A stretch of 64,000 nt of DNA from Paramoeba atlantica (Eukaryota > Protista > Discosea), in contig CDRNVI010000021.1 in assembly GCA_977017575.1 (NCBI GenBank), positions 124,001 through 188,000 of the forward strand, written 5' to 3'. Positions 9,877-20,844 of the stretch are shown in pieces. The position numbers were made by a program, and so were the translations under genes. Under the pieces are notes generated by a model, which worked only from the letters and a program-made list of their open reading frames with translations, ran no database searches and was not told the origin of the DNA. Each line of letters begins with the position of its first letter. The first letter of the stretch is position 1.

Positions 9877-12053
9877 ACCATCCAGGGGCAACGATTCATT
9901 AGATTAATCGGTCGTTGGACCAATTTCAAGACAAAATGGTATTGAGGGATAACAATCCCAAGTACAGCCGAGCAATATACGAGACGCCCCACCGCCGCCT
10001 CAAGCTCTGCAAAAGTCACCGAGTAAAATTTGTCCATGCTCAATTTGTGGACGACCTTAGGTCCGAGCGACACCTTATGACCAGCATGGTCATAGCGTAC
10101 ACCATTAAATATGTAGTCTTCCGACGGTGCGCTCCCAGCGTCCTTAAACAGCGCCCCCGGTTCCGTACATTTGCGATCAATAAATGTTGCGTATTCGGCA
10201 GCCTCACGACGGGTTCCAGCAAATCTCACCCCGTCGATATATACGTCAATTCCAAAGCACACAGGCTTATAGCTATCACGAGCATTGCAAAATTCCATAT
10301 GGCCGGCTATAGTAGCCGTAATAGTGTGCATAATCTCGGGGGCACAGCGGTGTCCCATCGGCAGTACTGCCATCTCGTAGACTTCACCATCTTCTCCTAC
10401 GAAACGAAATTTCCGGCGCGCCTTCGGGGGAATAGGAACTTGGTAGAAACCACATGACAGATCTCTTTTTACCCCAATTTCATTTTCAACTCTGTGAAGG
10501 TATTTCGATGGATGCATTAGAGGAACGTGGGGTTCGTATGATCTTAACCGGTTATTGTCCGTCTGCGTCCACGAAATAAACCGACGGCGCTTTTTTCCTG
10601 TGTCGTCAATCTCCACAACCGTAAACGGAACCATGTACTGTAACGTAGGCCGACGTTGAATCTCTTCTGATGATACGTGTTTTAACACACCGGAGGAAAT
10701 CAATTTGCTAATATCACTTAGGGGTAGTGAGCCCCTTTTCTTTGGTTCGGGATCCGGCTTCGCGGGCAGCCATAACAAATGGGTTAAAACTTCCTTAAAT
10801 CTCTTCTGCTGTGCCGGCATCATCCAAGACTGTATTTTCTCAATATCGAGGAGTGGGGTTCCCGTCTTTACATGCAATGGAATGCTAAACTCGTCCGGAC
10901 CTGCAAGTTTAGAACTGCGTCGCTGTGATACGATTGAATGCTTCTTTAAGTAAGGAACTTGCTCAAAACTTTCGCGAACATCTGTGGCGGTTACAAATGG
11001 ACGTCCATCACTGGAAGCTTTTCGGTTACTCGTTGCGTCCCAAGCGCCTTCGCGGTTGTCTGCGGGCGTGCATTGTAACGGAGTAGAGACTCGAGGTTGA
11101 GATGCTTCGCTAGGTTTTGCAGGTCGTTTATGCTTAACTTGCCTTTTTCCACTTCCCCGAACAGGTACGTAATCGCGCCGCGCTTTATAGAGTGGGTCCC
11201 GTAGCCCGGTCCTAGAATCCGACGGATTGTGTGGTCCATTTGCCTCACTTCGGTGAAGCACATTTGCTGTTGTGTGGTTAGATTGCTTATATAATTTTCC
11301 AGCATTCTCGTTCCTTCTCCTCGTATTACAGCGTACATGTACGGCCGATACGGATTCATTCGCGTGGCCTTGGTTCGTCGTCCCCAATAAATGATTATTT
11401 CCTCTTGGCTTACCTCCACAAAGTGCTGCCGCATAAGTTGTGCGGTTTCCGTCCACGGAGCTGCCGCCTTCCAACACAGAATAGCGGCCATCGCTTCCGC
11501 TCGCGATACTTGCGTACAGAGGCGGTGTAGCAGGCGTGGCGTGAGCGGCTCCATTTGCCGAACCGGTTCGCCCGCTTTCGCGAAGAGCTTCAGAGGAGTC
11601 ATGTTCATGTCCTGCATTGCTAGGAGGGCCTGAAGGCTTCGGCCGTATCCTAGCTTTGTCGAGGGTGCTAACGGGAGCGAATCGACGAAGGCTACCGCAC
11701 TCAAAGCGGGTACCGTGAACCGATTGCGTAAACAGTAATCCTGCGCCCGAATCCAGAGTCTTTCCTTCGCGGCCCACGTCGACGTCGTCCACATGGGTTC
11801 TATGGCCTCGTGGACCATGTGGGCTAAAGGGTCGGATTCGTTGACTTGTAATATGGCGCATGTCAGGGCCTTCCTGGTTGTTAGGGGCCGCCTGATCAGA
11901 GGAGACTGATGCGCCCCTGGCGAGGGCGAGGAGAGCCCAACCACAGCACGCGTGGAAGTCACGTAGTGCTTCATCCGTTTCCTCTTTATCGGGTTTCGTC
12001 GCAAAATATCTAGAGGCCGCGTGTTCAATTTTGTCGTAATATTCACCCGCCAC
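9877..12053 (-). pseudogene. pol (reverse transcriptase) of the YR retrotransposon, interrupted at 9877
   Basis: KRDLSCGFYQVPIP, VLPMGHRCAP and VYIDGVRF motifs. The long N-terminal extension overlaps the YR ORF in another frame. Confidence 0.85.
10991..12046 (-). CDS. Tyrosine recombinase, probably inactive
   Basis: HSIKRG (HxxR), LAKH and LLRY motifs. The first catalytic Arg position reads WKAAAPWTE here versus WKAAARWTE in the 43480-43704 copy. Confidence 0.85.
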   Translation of the reverse strand: MNITTKLNTRPLDILRRNPIKRKRMKHYVTSTRAVVGLSSPSPGAHQSPLIRRPLTTRKALTCAILQVNESDPLAHMVHEAIEPMWTTSTWAAKERLWIRAQDYCLRNRFTVPALSAVAFVDSLPLAPSTKLGYGRSLQALLAMQDMNMTPLKLFAKAGEPVRQMEPLTPRLLHRLCTQVSRAEAMAAILCWKAAAPWTETAQLMRQHFVEVSQEEIIIYWGRRTKATRMNPYRPYMYAVIRGEGTRMLENYISNLTTQQQMCFTEVRQMDHTIRRILGPGYGTHSIKRGAITYLFGEVEKGKLSINDLQNLAKHLNLESLLRYNARPQTTAKALGTQRVTEKLPVMDVHL

Positions 12054-12100
12054 CTTTTCAGCGGTCGGACACGAACGGTTAACGGGGTGGGGTCCGCTAC

Positions 12101-13147
12101 CTAGTGTTGCGGACGTCTTTCGTCGCGCTGCGCGACGCCGCCCGCCACCCCTTGGCGAAAAACCGGGTTACTGGACAAGGCTGGGCATTGGGCCCGCATA
12201 TGACCCGGGCGGCGGCAGTTATAACAGACACGCGGTTGTAACTGGCGCTGGGGTGCGGCATGAGAGGCCTGATAGCGATGCGAGAAGTTAGTACGTTGGG
12301 ACCGCAACTGTTCCTCTACCATAACTTGTCCATACTTGTCCTGAGGGTCGTCATCTTTATGCAAGCGTTGTTAAACGCGCTCCACGGGAGCCCCCGCCGC
12401 GGGCCAGTAAGCGTTGCGCAGCTCCTCAATCAACATTTCAGCGACCTTTACGAAATGACCGTCGTCCCACGTCTCAAGCTCACGGGCTGCATAAATCCAC
12501 TCCGTCAGAATTTTGAAAATACGTTCGCGATGAGGGGGTGGATTGAACCGGACACCGAACTGGGGGTATTCACGTAGCTCGCGAACTAACTCCCGAGGTT
12601 TGAACTCATCTTGCGAATTAATCCACGGACCCCATGTACGGGGCCGTACAGCTGAGAACTCGCGGGGATCAGAGATTTGCAACGACCCTATTTCCTCTTC
12701 CCCCGGCTCGAGAACTTCGCCGTCTGGCATTTTAGCTTCCACTTTAACGATATCCAAATCGTAGTACAGGATACGAGGGTGAGGAAACGGATAACCAGTC
12801 CCCGGACAATCGTCCCACTCGGCCCGCAACTCCTGTCTTGACTTATCCCGATACCGAAACTTCACTGTTCCCGTCACTGTAGTGGTAAAGTCATCCCCTT
12901 GCTCTGACCACTCAGCTTGAACCTTAACTTTGTGCCCTTTGCGCAAGAAAACACGTACACGCTCACAGAATTCTTCCAACCGTGATCCTGGCATTACCCT
13001 GTCATTTTGAGGAGGTTGATTCACTTCATCAGGATTTAAAGTACGTTCGCGCGTGCGTCGCGTGGACTGGACGGGATCATCAGGTTCAGGACTTTGCGCA
13101 TGAGAAAGGGATAAGGTTCTACGCACAGCTTCCGCAATCCGGCTCAT
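12101..13147 (-). pseudogene. gag-like ORF with a C-terminal CCHC zinc knuckle and one in-frame TAA at 12371-12373
   Basis: MSRIAEAVRR...; CYNCRRPGHMRAQC; collinear with the gag at 44634-45711. Confidence 0.8.
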
Positions 13148-13360
13148 TGTGAAGACTTGAATCGTGTATTGAAGGTGAATGTATTCTACAAATATATTAA
13201 TAAATGAATAAAGTTCTAATACAGAATTTAGTACACGTGCGTTACATAATAAATTATTGTATTCAAATATTTTTGGTGAATTTTCACACCCCCCCTTCTC
13301 GGGGGGCCAGCACAAATGCACTTATTACTCGTCTAAATTTCATCACGTAAACTAATAGAA

Positions 13361-13950
13361 CTTTTTATCGATCACTTGTTGTAACAGCGAAGTGCTTGTC
13401 TGCTTGGAATAGCTGTTGCAACACGTATGCACGACAGTGAAATCATATAAAACCTCTCCCATGTGAGGCCACATTATAGCGAGATCTGGACCAGAGCGTA
13501 TTCTTCGGGCTTTACAAGGATGGTGTTCCGCCACTTCTGCGGAGATCGAGCATTTGCACTTGGTACAGAAAAAAGAAGAGTGTAGACGCGGTTCTGTAAT
13601 GCATGGGAGGCCAGCCTTGGCGCAGAGCTCGGCGAGGTAGCGAACGATGTGAGAATGTTTCTTCGTGCAATTCATGCCAGAGCAACGAGAGCAGCCTGCA
13701 ATGTGTGGTATAATGCTGGAGGGAGTTTCGTGACCACATCATCCAGGGCATAGGACGTCTTTAGGGGCTTTGGCGAGACCGATACCTAAGCGCAGCATCA
13801 AAGTGTAACGAAAAAGGTACGGGTTGACGTAGTTGTTAGTGCTTTCTAGGTGCAAATTTGCTTCTTTCGTTCGTTTCATAATGATTTCCAGGTGGGAGTC
13901 TTTTTGTAGTTCGGCTACCTGTATCTCGTGTGCGGCGTTTAATTTCTTTC
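13361..13950 (-). pseudogene. CRE-clade C-terminal region (Cys/His knuckle + restriction-like endonuclease); host of the YR element
   Basis: HSHIVRYLAELCAKAG...EPR...GPDLAIMWPHMGEVLYDFTVVHT...QQVIDKK|F; continues at 6573. Confidence 0.8.
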
Positions 13951-14454
13951 TCAACAGCTTTCTTTGTTGGCGAACGTGCTCTGTTCATCTCTTTCGTCCA
14001 ATGACATGATATCAGAATCCTGGATGCATTCCGCGTCGTCAATATCAATGCCACCATCACTTTTCAGAGATATCAACTCGGAATCTGCCTCGGACAATGC
14101 ATCTGGCTGGGAAACCTCAGAATCAGCTTGATCTCGACCTATCTGACCATACTTCATTCCTTTTAGTTTGATAATGTTGGGATTGCGGCGTTCGACTGAA
14201 AGATTCTCATAGACTTTGTGGTCAGCCCAAGTCGAAGATAACGCGGGGTCGGTGTGAGTGATTACTCTGATTCTGGCTGTTTTCTTTGGCTTGACCTTGC
14301 TTATCCCTGATTGCGACTCACTAATTTATACCTTGCTTATCCCTGATGCTCGATATTATACCTTGCTTATCCCTGATTGCGACTCATGGGAGCTTGCGAG
14401 AGTAATTAGTTTATGGTGGGTAAGATATCTGGAAATTATAAACTATATTTATAT

Positions 14455-14601
14455 CAACTAAAAAAACTACACTTTGAGCTACTTTGTACGTGTACAACCC
14501 ATTTTTTGGGGCTAAAATAGACCTCGTTCGACCTCAAATGCAAAGTGCGGGTTCGGTGCGGGTTCGGTGCGGGTTCGGTGATGCACACCCGCAGCCCCTC
14601 A
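14455..14601. repeat. Right end of a dispersed TIR element with GCGGGTTCGGT subterminal repeats
   Basis: Near-identical to about 50103-50238; ends CCGCAGCCCCTCA followed by TA. Confidence 0.7.
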
Positions 14602-14609
14602 TATATATA

Positions 14610-16734
14610 CAGGGGTGAAAATCCCATGGTGGGGGGGGTCTAAAATCCGTAAAATTTGTCCAATTTTGGAAAATAATAGCGCGTTCGAGAGCTCTCGCAG
14701 AGTTGTATGTTTTAAGATAGGCAGTTTGCGGGGGTTAGGGGGGTACCCCCCTTTGATGGAAGGGTCAAAAACACGATTTGCAAATTTGAAAAACTGTAAA
14801 AAATGGTCAAAAATTACCCTTAATACCCACAGGAAGACCCGTTTCGCTCAATAACGATGCGACAACGCTTGCGGAAACTGCTCATCGTGTTAATACATTC
14901 TTGCTTGCGTTCTGATTGTAATCTTTCGAACGCTGTCTCAATGGCCGATACTAATTCAGCCGATTCTTGGGTCGAAGATCATTTTTGATCCTGTCCATGG
15001 TCCCCCAAAGGTTTTCAATGGTGTTTAAATCGGGGGATTTTGCAGGCCAAGAGAGTACATTAATACCTTCGTTGCGAAAGGTTGTTCGCGCAGAATTATG
15101 AACAGGACAATTATCCATTGCAACGACCCCAGATGGGTGGCGCCTCAAATAATTTAAAAGTCCTTTGCGCTTCTTCATGGCGTCATTGAAGACATCCCCT
15201 GTTACAGTTACTTTTCGGCCGGAAGGGTCGTGGGAGGGAAAAATGTGTAGATGAAATCCATGATTTAAACTGACCCCCATCCACACCATGACGCCGTTCC
15301 CTCCATACCAAGGTTCTAGCTCTCCCTGCTGTTCCTTGGCGGGGTCAGTCTTCCGGCAAAGGTAAGTAATTTTGTTTCGTCCCCTACCGCAAGTGAACTT
15401 CTTCTCATCGCAGAAAACAATTTGTCTCAGTTGGGTATCTGACCAAGTGAGCATCTCAGAACAAAAATGCACTCGTTTCCTCTTGTGTTCATCGGTCAGT
15501 GCGGGCTTTCTTTTTAAAGTTCGCATGATTATACCATGGCTCTTCATGGCGTTAACCAAAGTTGGTCTTGAACACTGAAATCCAAGAGAAAGCACAACTC
15601 TATGGAGTGCACACCAGTTCTCAATCCCGTACGGGAGGTCACGGTATCCCTCATCAATGAGGCGGATAGCTGCTTCGTGCAGCGCAGTTGTTTTATCATG
15701 CACTTATAGTGCAGAGATTTACTCACCATGTCCTTATCCCGCATACGACGGGTGGATCATGTGAGGTTTCGTCCTCGCCGGAGGTGTGCGGGTGCGGAGA
15801 GCTGGCGTCCCAGGTGCAGAGAGCTCGGTTGTCATGTGCAGGTGCAGAGAGCCGGATGCGTAATCCCCATATTACAGTTTCGGGGGCAATCCGGGTGCAG
15901 AGAGCTGCGACAGAGCCGAGGTGCGGAGAGCTGGGCGACCGCCAGGTGCAGAGAACCGAGTCTCGTCGGCGGAGGACACGTCTAGTGGTCCTCAAGGGAG
16001 GCCACCGTGACGCATGGCCCTCTCGGAGAGGAAAAAGACAAGTCGAAAAAAGCCGAGAGGGGGAAGCACACTCACTCCAGGGGAGTGAGTCGGGGAGGGG
16101 TGAAGGGGTGAAAGCGCGTCCCCTGCTTCAGCGACAAGAGGGACAGTTCCGACCTTAGTGCCGGCCGGCAACGGGCATAAAAATACAGTAAGAGTATGCC
16201 CGTTGCCGGGGAAAGAAAGGATTAACAACAAGGTACAGAAACTGTATCTTTATACAGTACTGACAGGAGATGGGCGTGAAATAGGAGAGCTTTCCACGTC
16301 TCCAGTGTTCTCATAGCGTATCACAAGACGTTTTACTGTATTTTCGTGGACGCCGAAGTTTTGGGCTGTCCGAGAATAGGACCCTGTCTCAAGATAATCT
16401 GAGACAAGAAGCATACGGTGACTTGGTATCACCCGTGCGGGGGAGGAATAGGACCTGTCGCTGAGTACACCACGTGAGGTTCGGGAACGAATCCGTTTCT
16501 GGGGCATATAGTGCTAATATTGACTGAAAAACAGCTAAAAACTGAAAAAACGTAAATTTGGGCAAGAAAAAAAATCATGATTTTTTTTGTCTCATCGTTT
16601 CATGTTGAGTCACAGGCCGCAAATAGTGCTAAAACATACAACTCTGTGAGAGCTCTCGAATGCGCTATTACTTTCCAAAATTGGATAATTTTTACGAATT
16701 TTAGACCCCCCCCACCACGAGGTTTTCACCCCTG
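14610..16734 (-). mobile_element. Tc1/IS630-family DNA transposon (DD32E) with long imperfect TIRs and TA flanks, interrupted by an SL-headed insertion
   Basis: TA-CAGGGGTGAAAA... / ...TTTTCACCCCTG-TA. Transposase N-terminus at 16250-16507, core at 14951-15696 (FCDE, AMDN, SPDLNTIEN), frameshifted C-terminus ending near 14819. Confidence 0.9.
15697..16253 (-). mobile_element. SL-headed, hairpin-rich 557-bp non-coding insertion
   Basis: 28-nt SL at 16226-16253; perfect 15-bp stem CCGGCAACGGGCATA/TATGCCCGTTGCCGG; 6-7 copies of a CTCT(C/T)(T/C)GCACC-like motif. Removing it appears to rejoin the transposase as VST-DKTTALHE. Confidence 0.75.
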
Positions 16735-16881
16735 TATATATATATAATATTTATAACATATATAATATTTATAATATAAATATAATTTATATGAGACGGT
16801 GTTTACTGATTAGATATAGTTTATTGATGTTTTATCTCCAATGCCTGGACGAGGCGTCGCCGACCGCTTGTTACCCAAATA

Positions 16882-17193
16882 CTAATTACTAATCTTAACT
16901 CCTTGTGAATTTTCAGCGCCACTTCTCGTAACGCGTTGGTTGCCAGAGCTCTCGCTGCATCCTGCATTTTTTAGGGCCTCACACTTAGCGGAAGGCTCTC
17001 CGTTGTAAGTGCTTTTAATTTTGACCTTTAACGATTTTTCACTTTCTTTAGACTTACGTGATCCTATTACATGGTCGGCCTTCTCGGTTAGACCTACTCC
17101 CTTGTTGCGTGCTTTCTTAAGGGACCGCAGAGGAGGAAGTCTTGTCATGGTGGTGCCGAAATATTAAACAAAAAAATCAACAAGGTACAGAAA
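16882..17193 (-). pseudogene. Retro-copied mRNA 5' end: SL relic (17178-17193), 29-nt 5'UTR, ATG and an 88-aa basic ORF
   Basis: TTTCTGTACCTTGTTG-ATTTTTTTGTTTAATATTTCGGCACCACC-ATG ACA AGA... Confidence 0.65.
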
Positions 17194-17288
17194 TAGATAG
17201 AAATAGATAGTACGGTACTTAGTACGTACTAGTACGAAATACGGGGTCCGTACTACGTTTAGTACGAAGTACCGTACTGCGGAGATGT

Positions 17289-19110
17289 ATGAATAGACCT
17301 AAAACATTCAACGATCTCTGTAAACAAATGAAGGAAGACAAACAACGCAAAGCAGCACAAGTCAGATCACAGGATCCCAATCAGAGGTCTGCTGAAACAC
17401 CGCGTTTAGATCAGCTATCCCCAATCAGCAAAACTCAATACCAGAAGAGCGGATGGAAGATAATAATCAAAAAATCTTGTGATGTTGCTGCGAAATCATG
17501 CGATGTTGCAGCAAAAACGTGCGGCATTGCTGTATCTGCTTTAACGGCCATCGCCAATTCAACCAATTCGCTCCCAGACCCGATGCCAGAAATTCCCAGT
17601 CATGGCCGTGAAGTGTTAGGCCCCGACACATCGGTGGTTGAGTCCAAAAGTGTGGAGGACCAACACCAAAAGGAAACCATGGAATGGGAAAACACTGATA
17701 ATCCAGTCGCTTCCATAACGCCGGAGAAACCAGCCGCATCGCCAGATCAACAACGGGCGGAGTTTTTTGAATGCGAATCTCCCCAAGAATACAATTCAGA
17801 GGAGGATAGAGTTCCGCATCCGGTTGAATTGCCAAAGATCCTACCTCCGCTCCTTGAGCCCGAGGCTTCGCAAGCAAACATTCATATATCCAACGAATCA
17901 GTACTCACCAGGAACAAAGAATGTCCCATACTTTTCATCGGTTCTGACCAGAATGAAGAGAAGAAGCACGTTGAAGAGATGCTGAAGAATGTCAAGCCAG
18001 CTTCTCAATTTCCAGCGTCCCCCGATGAGATATGGACATTTTCCAGACAGATAAAGCCAGGAGCGATGTGCCCCGTAGCATGGACCTTCAGCAAACAAGA
18101 GCAATTGAACATATCAATCGGGAAAATTACGCGTACGCACAGTAAACGTGGTGGAAGCGGTAAACTCTCCGTTTCGTATCGTGGAGTCATGGGATATAAG
18201 GTCGGAGAAGAATTTGCCGGGGCCCTTCCCCCACAAGAGAACGTACGAGTGTACAAAATACTGTGGCACCAGGCACCGCCAGCAATAGACACCACGGTGC
18301 TCCGGGATGCGTTCGTCGAAAATCAAGCAATTGAACGTGGACGAGCTGATGATTCCGGGGTCGACCTACTACCAATACCAACCTTACGTACGATTAGCCC
18401 AGAATTCGCCCCTTGTGTAGTGGCAATGTTAAGGAATATTGTCCAAGAGTACGCAAGCTCAGACCCCACGCTAAAGACAAAAGTATGGCATAAGCTACTC
18501 TCCGCCATTAAATTGTCTTTGGCAGCCGTGCGGGCTTCAGCTGGGAGACAAAGGCGGCGTCGCCCTCTTAAGGACGAGGAAAGGAATACATCTTCGCAAG
18601 AAAATGCGAATGATAAGAGAGCGATCAAGCGTGCCACGAGGTTAGCTTTGGAAGGATGCATAACCCGGGCCTCGAAAGTCCTTGATCAAACATTTGTCCC
18701 GAAAAAGTTATCAGACGACGAAATCCTGGATAAGCTGGCAGCCTTACATCCCCAGAGAGAATATGAACTTGCTTTGCCAGAAGATTCTCCGGTCATAAGC
18801 GGACTTACTACGGACGAAGCGCGTAAAGCCGGAAGGAGATTGGCTAAAGGTGTTAACCCTGGACCTACTGGACTTCCTGATGGATTGGTGCAATTGATGC
18901 TTGACGACGAAATTTCATGTATAAATCTATGCCATATGCTGGCCGATCTCATCCATGGTTTCCTGGAACGTAATGAGGCGCCTCAACCGTGCTAGATTGG
19001 TCGCCATCCACAAACCTAACGGTGGCGTTAGGCCAGTCGCTATGGGAGAAGTCTTGAAACTAGCTGGCATAATTCTTATGCAAAGATACGAACGCATGCT
19101 GGGCCCACTA
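17289..19110 (+). pseudogene. CRE/SLACS-clade ORF fragment (barrel-like domain to RT motif 2), frameshifted and 3'-truncated
   Basis: GVNPGPTGLPD and RARLVAIHKPNGGVRPVAMGEV; paralog of 1520-3309. Confidence 0.85.
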
Positions 19111-19175
19111 CTCTCCCTCTCATTAATTTTTATAAATTATAAATTATAACAAAAAGTGAGTTATAATTATAATTA

Positions 19176-20135
19176 CCGTCCCCCCCCTATTTACTATTTA
19201 GTACCTTGCCCCCCCTATTTAGTGTTTAATTTCAAGGCTTCGCAGAAAATGGAGCCGCGAAGCGGCGCCGATTTTTTTTTGTACAACCCCGTTCACGAAA
19301 AATAGGACCAACCTTGAAAGAGCTGCGAGACTTGTTTTTAGTTACTGTCCCCCCTCCCCTTAAGCGCACCCGGTCAGCCCCCCTCCCCTTAAGCGCACCC
19401 GGTCAGCCCCCCTCCCCCCCCGTTTAAGCGCACATAGAGTTGAAGGAAAGAGCCCGGCGCCGCGAAGCGGCGCCAAATTTTTTTTTACGCAGTGATTCAG
19501 ACCCCTACGTTTAAGTGCACTTTTCGCGGAAAACGAGGTGCGCTTAAACGGGGGGGGACAGTAATTTCTTTTTAGGCATACTCAGATTACCACAGAGAAC
19601 ACCGAAAAAATAGTGCCGAAGCGCAAGGAAAAGGACCATTGTCGCCTGGGTTAGACGCAAAGCTTTTAGAAGCGGTAGGGGAAATAAAGGGTCTTAACTC
19701 CGATGTATCGCGCGGAGCTGATGACGATATCAGCCTTGACTCTTTGTCCCCTGAAAAGGAAGCACCCGTTCCACAATTAATTTCAGATCCAAGTGACGAA
19801 CAATTCAAGTCCTTGGAGGAAAATTCAATGCCAAGGATGCAATTATCAAGAGGCTGCTTAACAAGCTCTGCAAGACTAAACGAAAGATTAGAACTCTTGA
19901 AAGAGTGTGGAGGATTTCATGGAGCCCGAAACGAGAACATCAGCCGGTTCGTTTCGAAAGTTTTCGAGTGTAGTTTCGGTATCAACGAATATGGCGCCGC
20001 AAAGCGGCACCGTTTTTTTCCGCTCATTTTTTCATTTTTTATCTGTTTTTCACGTCTTTTTCATTGATCTTTCCTCTCCCCTACTTAGTGTTTAATTTTG
20101 CCGAATTCTACTAAACACTAAATAGGGGGGGACGG
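19176..20135. mobile_element. TA-flanked MITE-like element (TIR CCGTCCCCCCC-TATTTA) containing a nested MITE at 19345-19561
   Basis: TA-CCGTCCCC.../...GGGGGGGACGG-TA. Inner element TA-CTGTCCCCCC..TTAAGCGCAC / GTGCGCTTAA..GGGGGGGACAG-TA. Confidence 0.65.
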
Positions 20136-20195
20136 TATAATTATAAAAATTAATGATCCCGTATAAATGACCGCTATTTCAAAAAAAGGTCGGCG

Positions 20196-20844
20196 CTAGT
20201 ACGATCTGTAAGATGGTAGTGCCAGGGAAATTGTTGGAAATAATTCGCGTAAGCACAAAACGATAGTGCTGAAATTCGGTTCAGAGCCTAGAGATTTTCC
20301 ACGCCTCGTATATTTCACTGATTGTTTCGACAAGGCGTCCACAGCGTCGCATACTACGTTTTTGATTGAAACTGATAACTGTTTTTTTAACGACAGGGTC
20401 GACCCCTCTTCGCTGGAGTCCGATTCTTCTTCGTTACCTGACTCTGCGCTATCAGGACTCAAAATTTGAAATTGTTCTGTGAGTTTATGCCATTGAATGG
20501 CCCCATTGGCATCGCAAAACCACATAAGTCGACGGTTCTGCTTATCCCAGAAGACAGGAACCCCTTAAGCCCCCTTAGCAAACAATACAGTGGCATATAC
20601 GCTGCACTGCAATGAGCAAAAAGCTTCTCTTTGTTCTATAAAGCATTGGCCATGTATCCCCTCCATCATACTTTCTCTGCACTAAACATGGCAGCACGTG
20701 TTGAACGGAGATAGTCTTCCCATAAATTACCAAATAAGTTTGTATTTTCTCACCATCTGCCTCCAGCATAGAAATCAACCATTTGCGCTTTTCTGTAAGA
20801 AATTTCTTCGAAGGGCGTCCATCCACGTTCACAAAATAATCCAT
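20196..20844 (-). other. Broken ORF(s) of unknown function inside the array unit
   Basis: ATG at 20844 (MDYFVNVDGRP...) is preceded by a pyrimidine tract and AG. A second frame 20196-20525 has an acidic Ser-rich stretch. No motif recognised. Confidence 0.25.

Larger units (their letters stand above)
6574..13360 (-). mobile_element. TATE/VIPER-like tyrosine-recombinase (DIRS-order) retrotransposon with split direct repeats A1-gag-YR-RT/RH-B1-A2-B2
   Basis: A1 13161-13357 matches A2 6839-7035; B1 7039-7265 matches B2 6577-6800. A TTC core lies at both termini and at the B1/A2 junction. gag CCHC knuckle, YR, RT and RNase H are all present. Confidence 0.9.

Noticed and set aside
15766-15776. Hammerhead ribozyme (GAGGACGAAAC on the minus strand)
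   Set aside because: No CUGANGA at the required position.
880-17193. SL-RNA genes or site-specific CRE insertion into an SL array
   Set aside because: None of the four SL matches is followed by GT or a shared intron, and their downstream sequences are unrelated.
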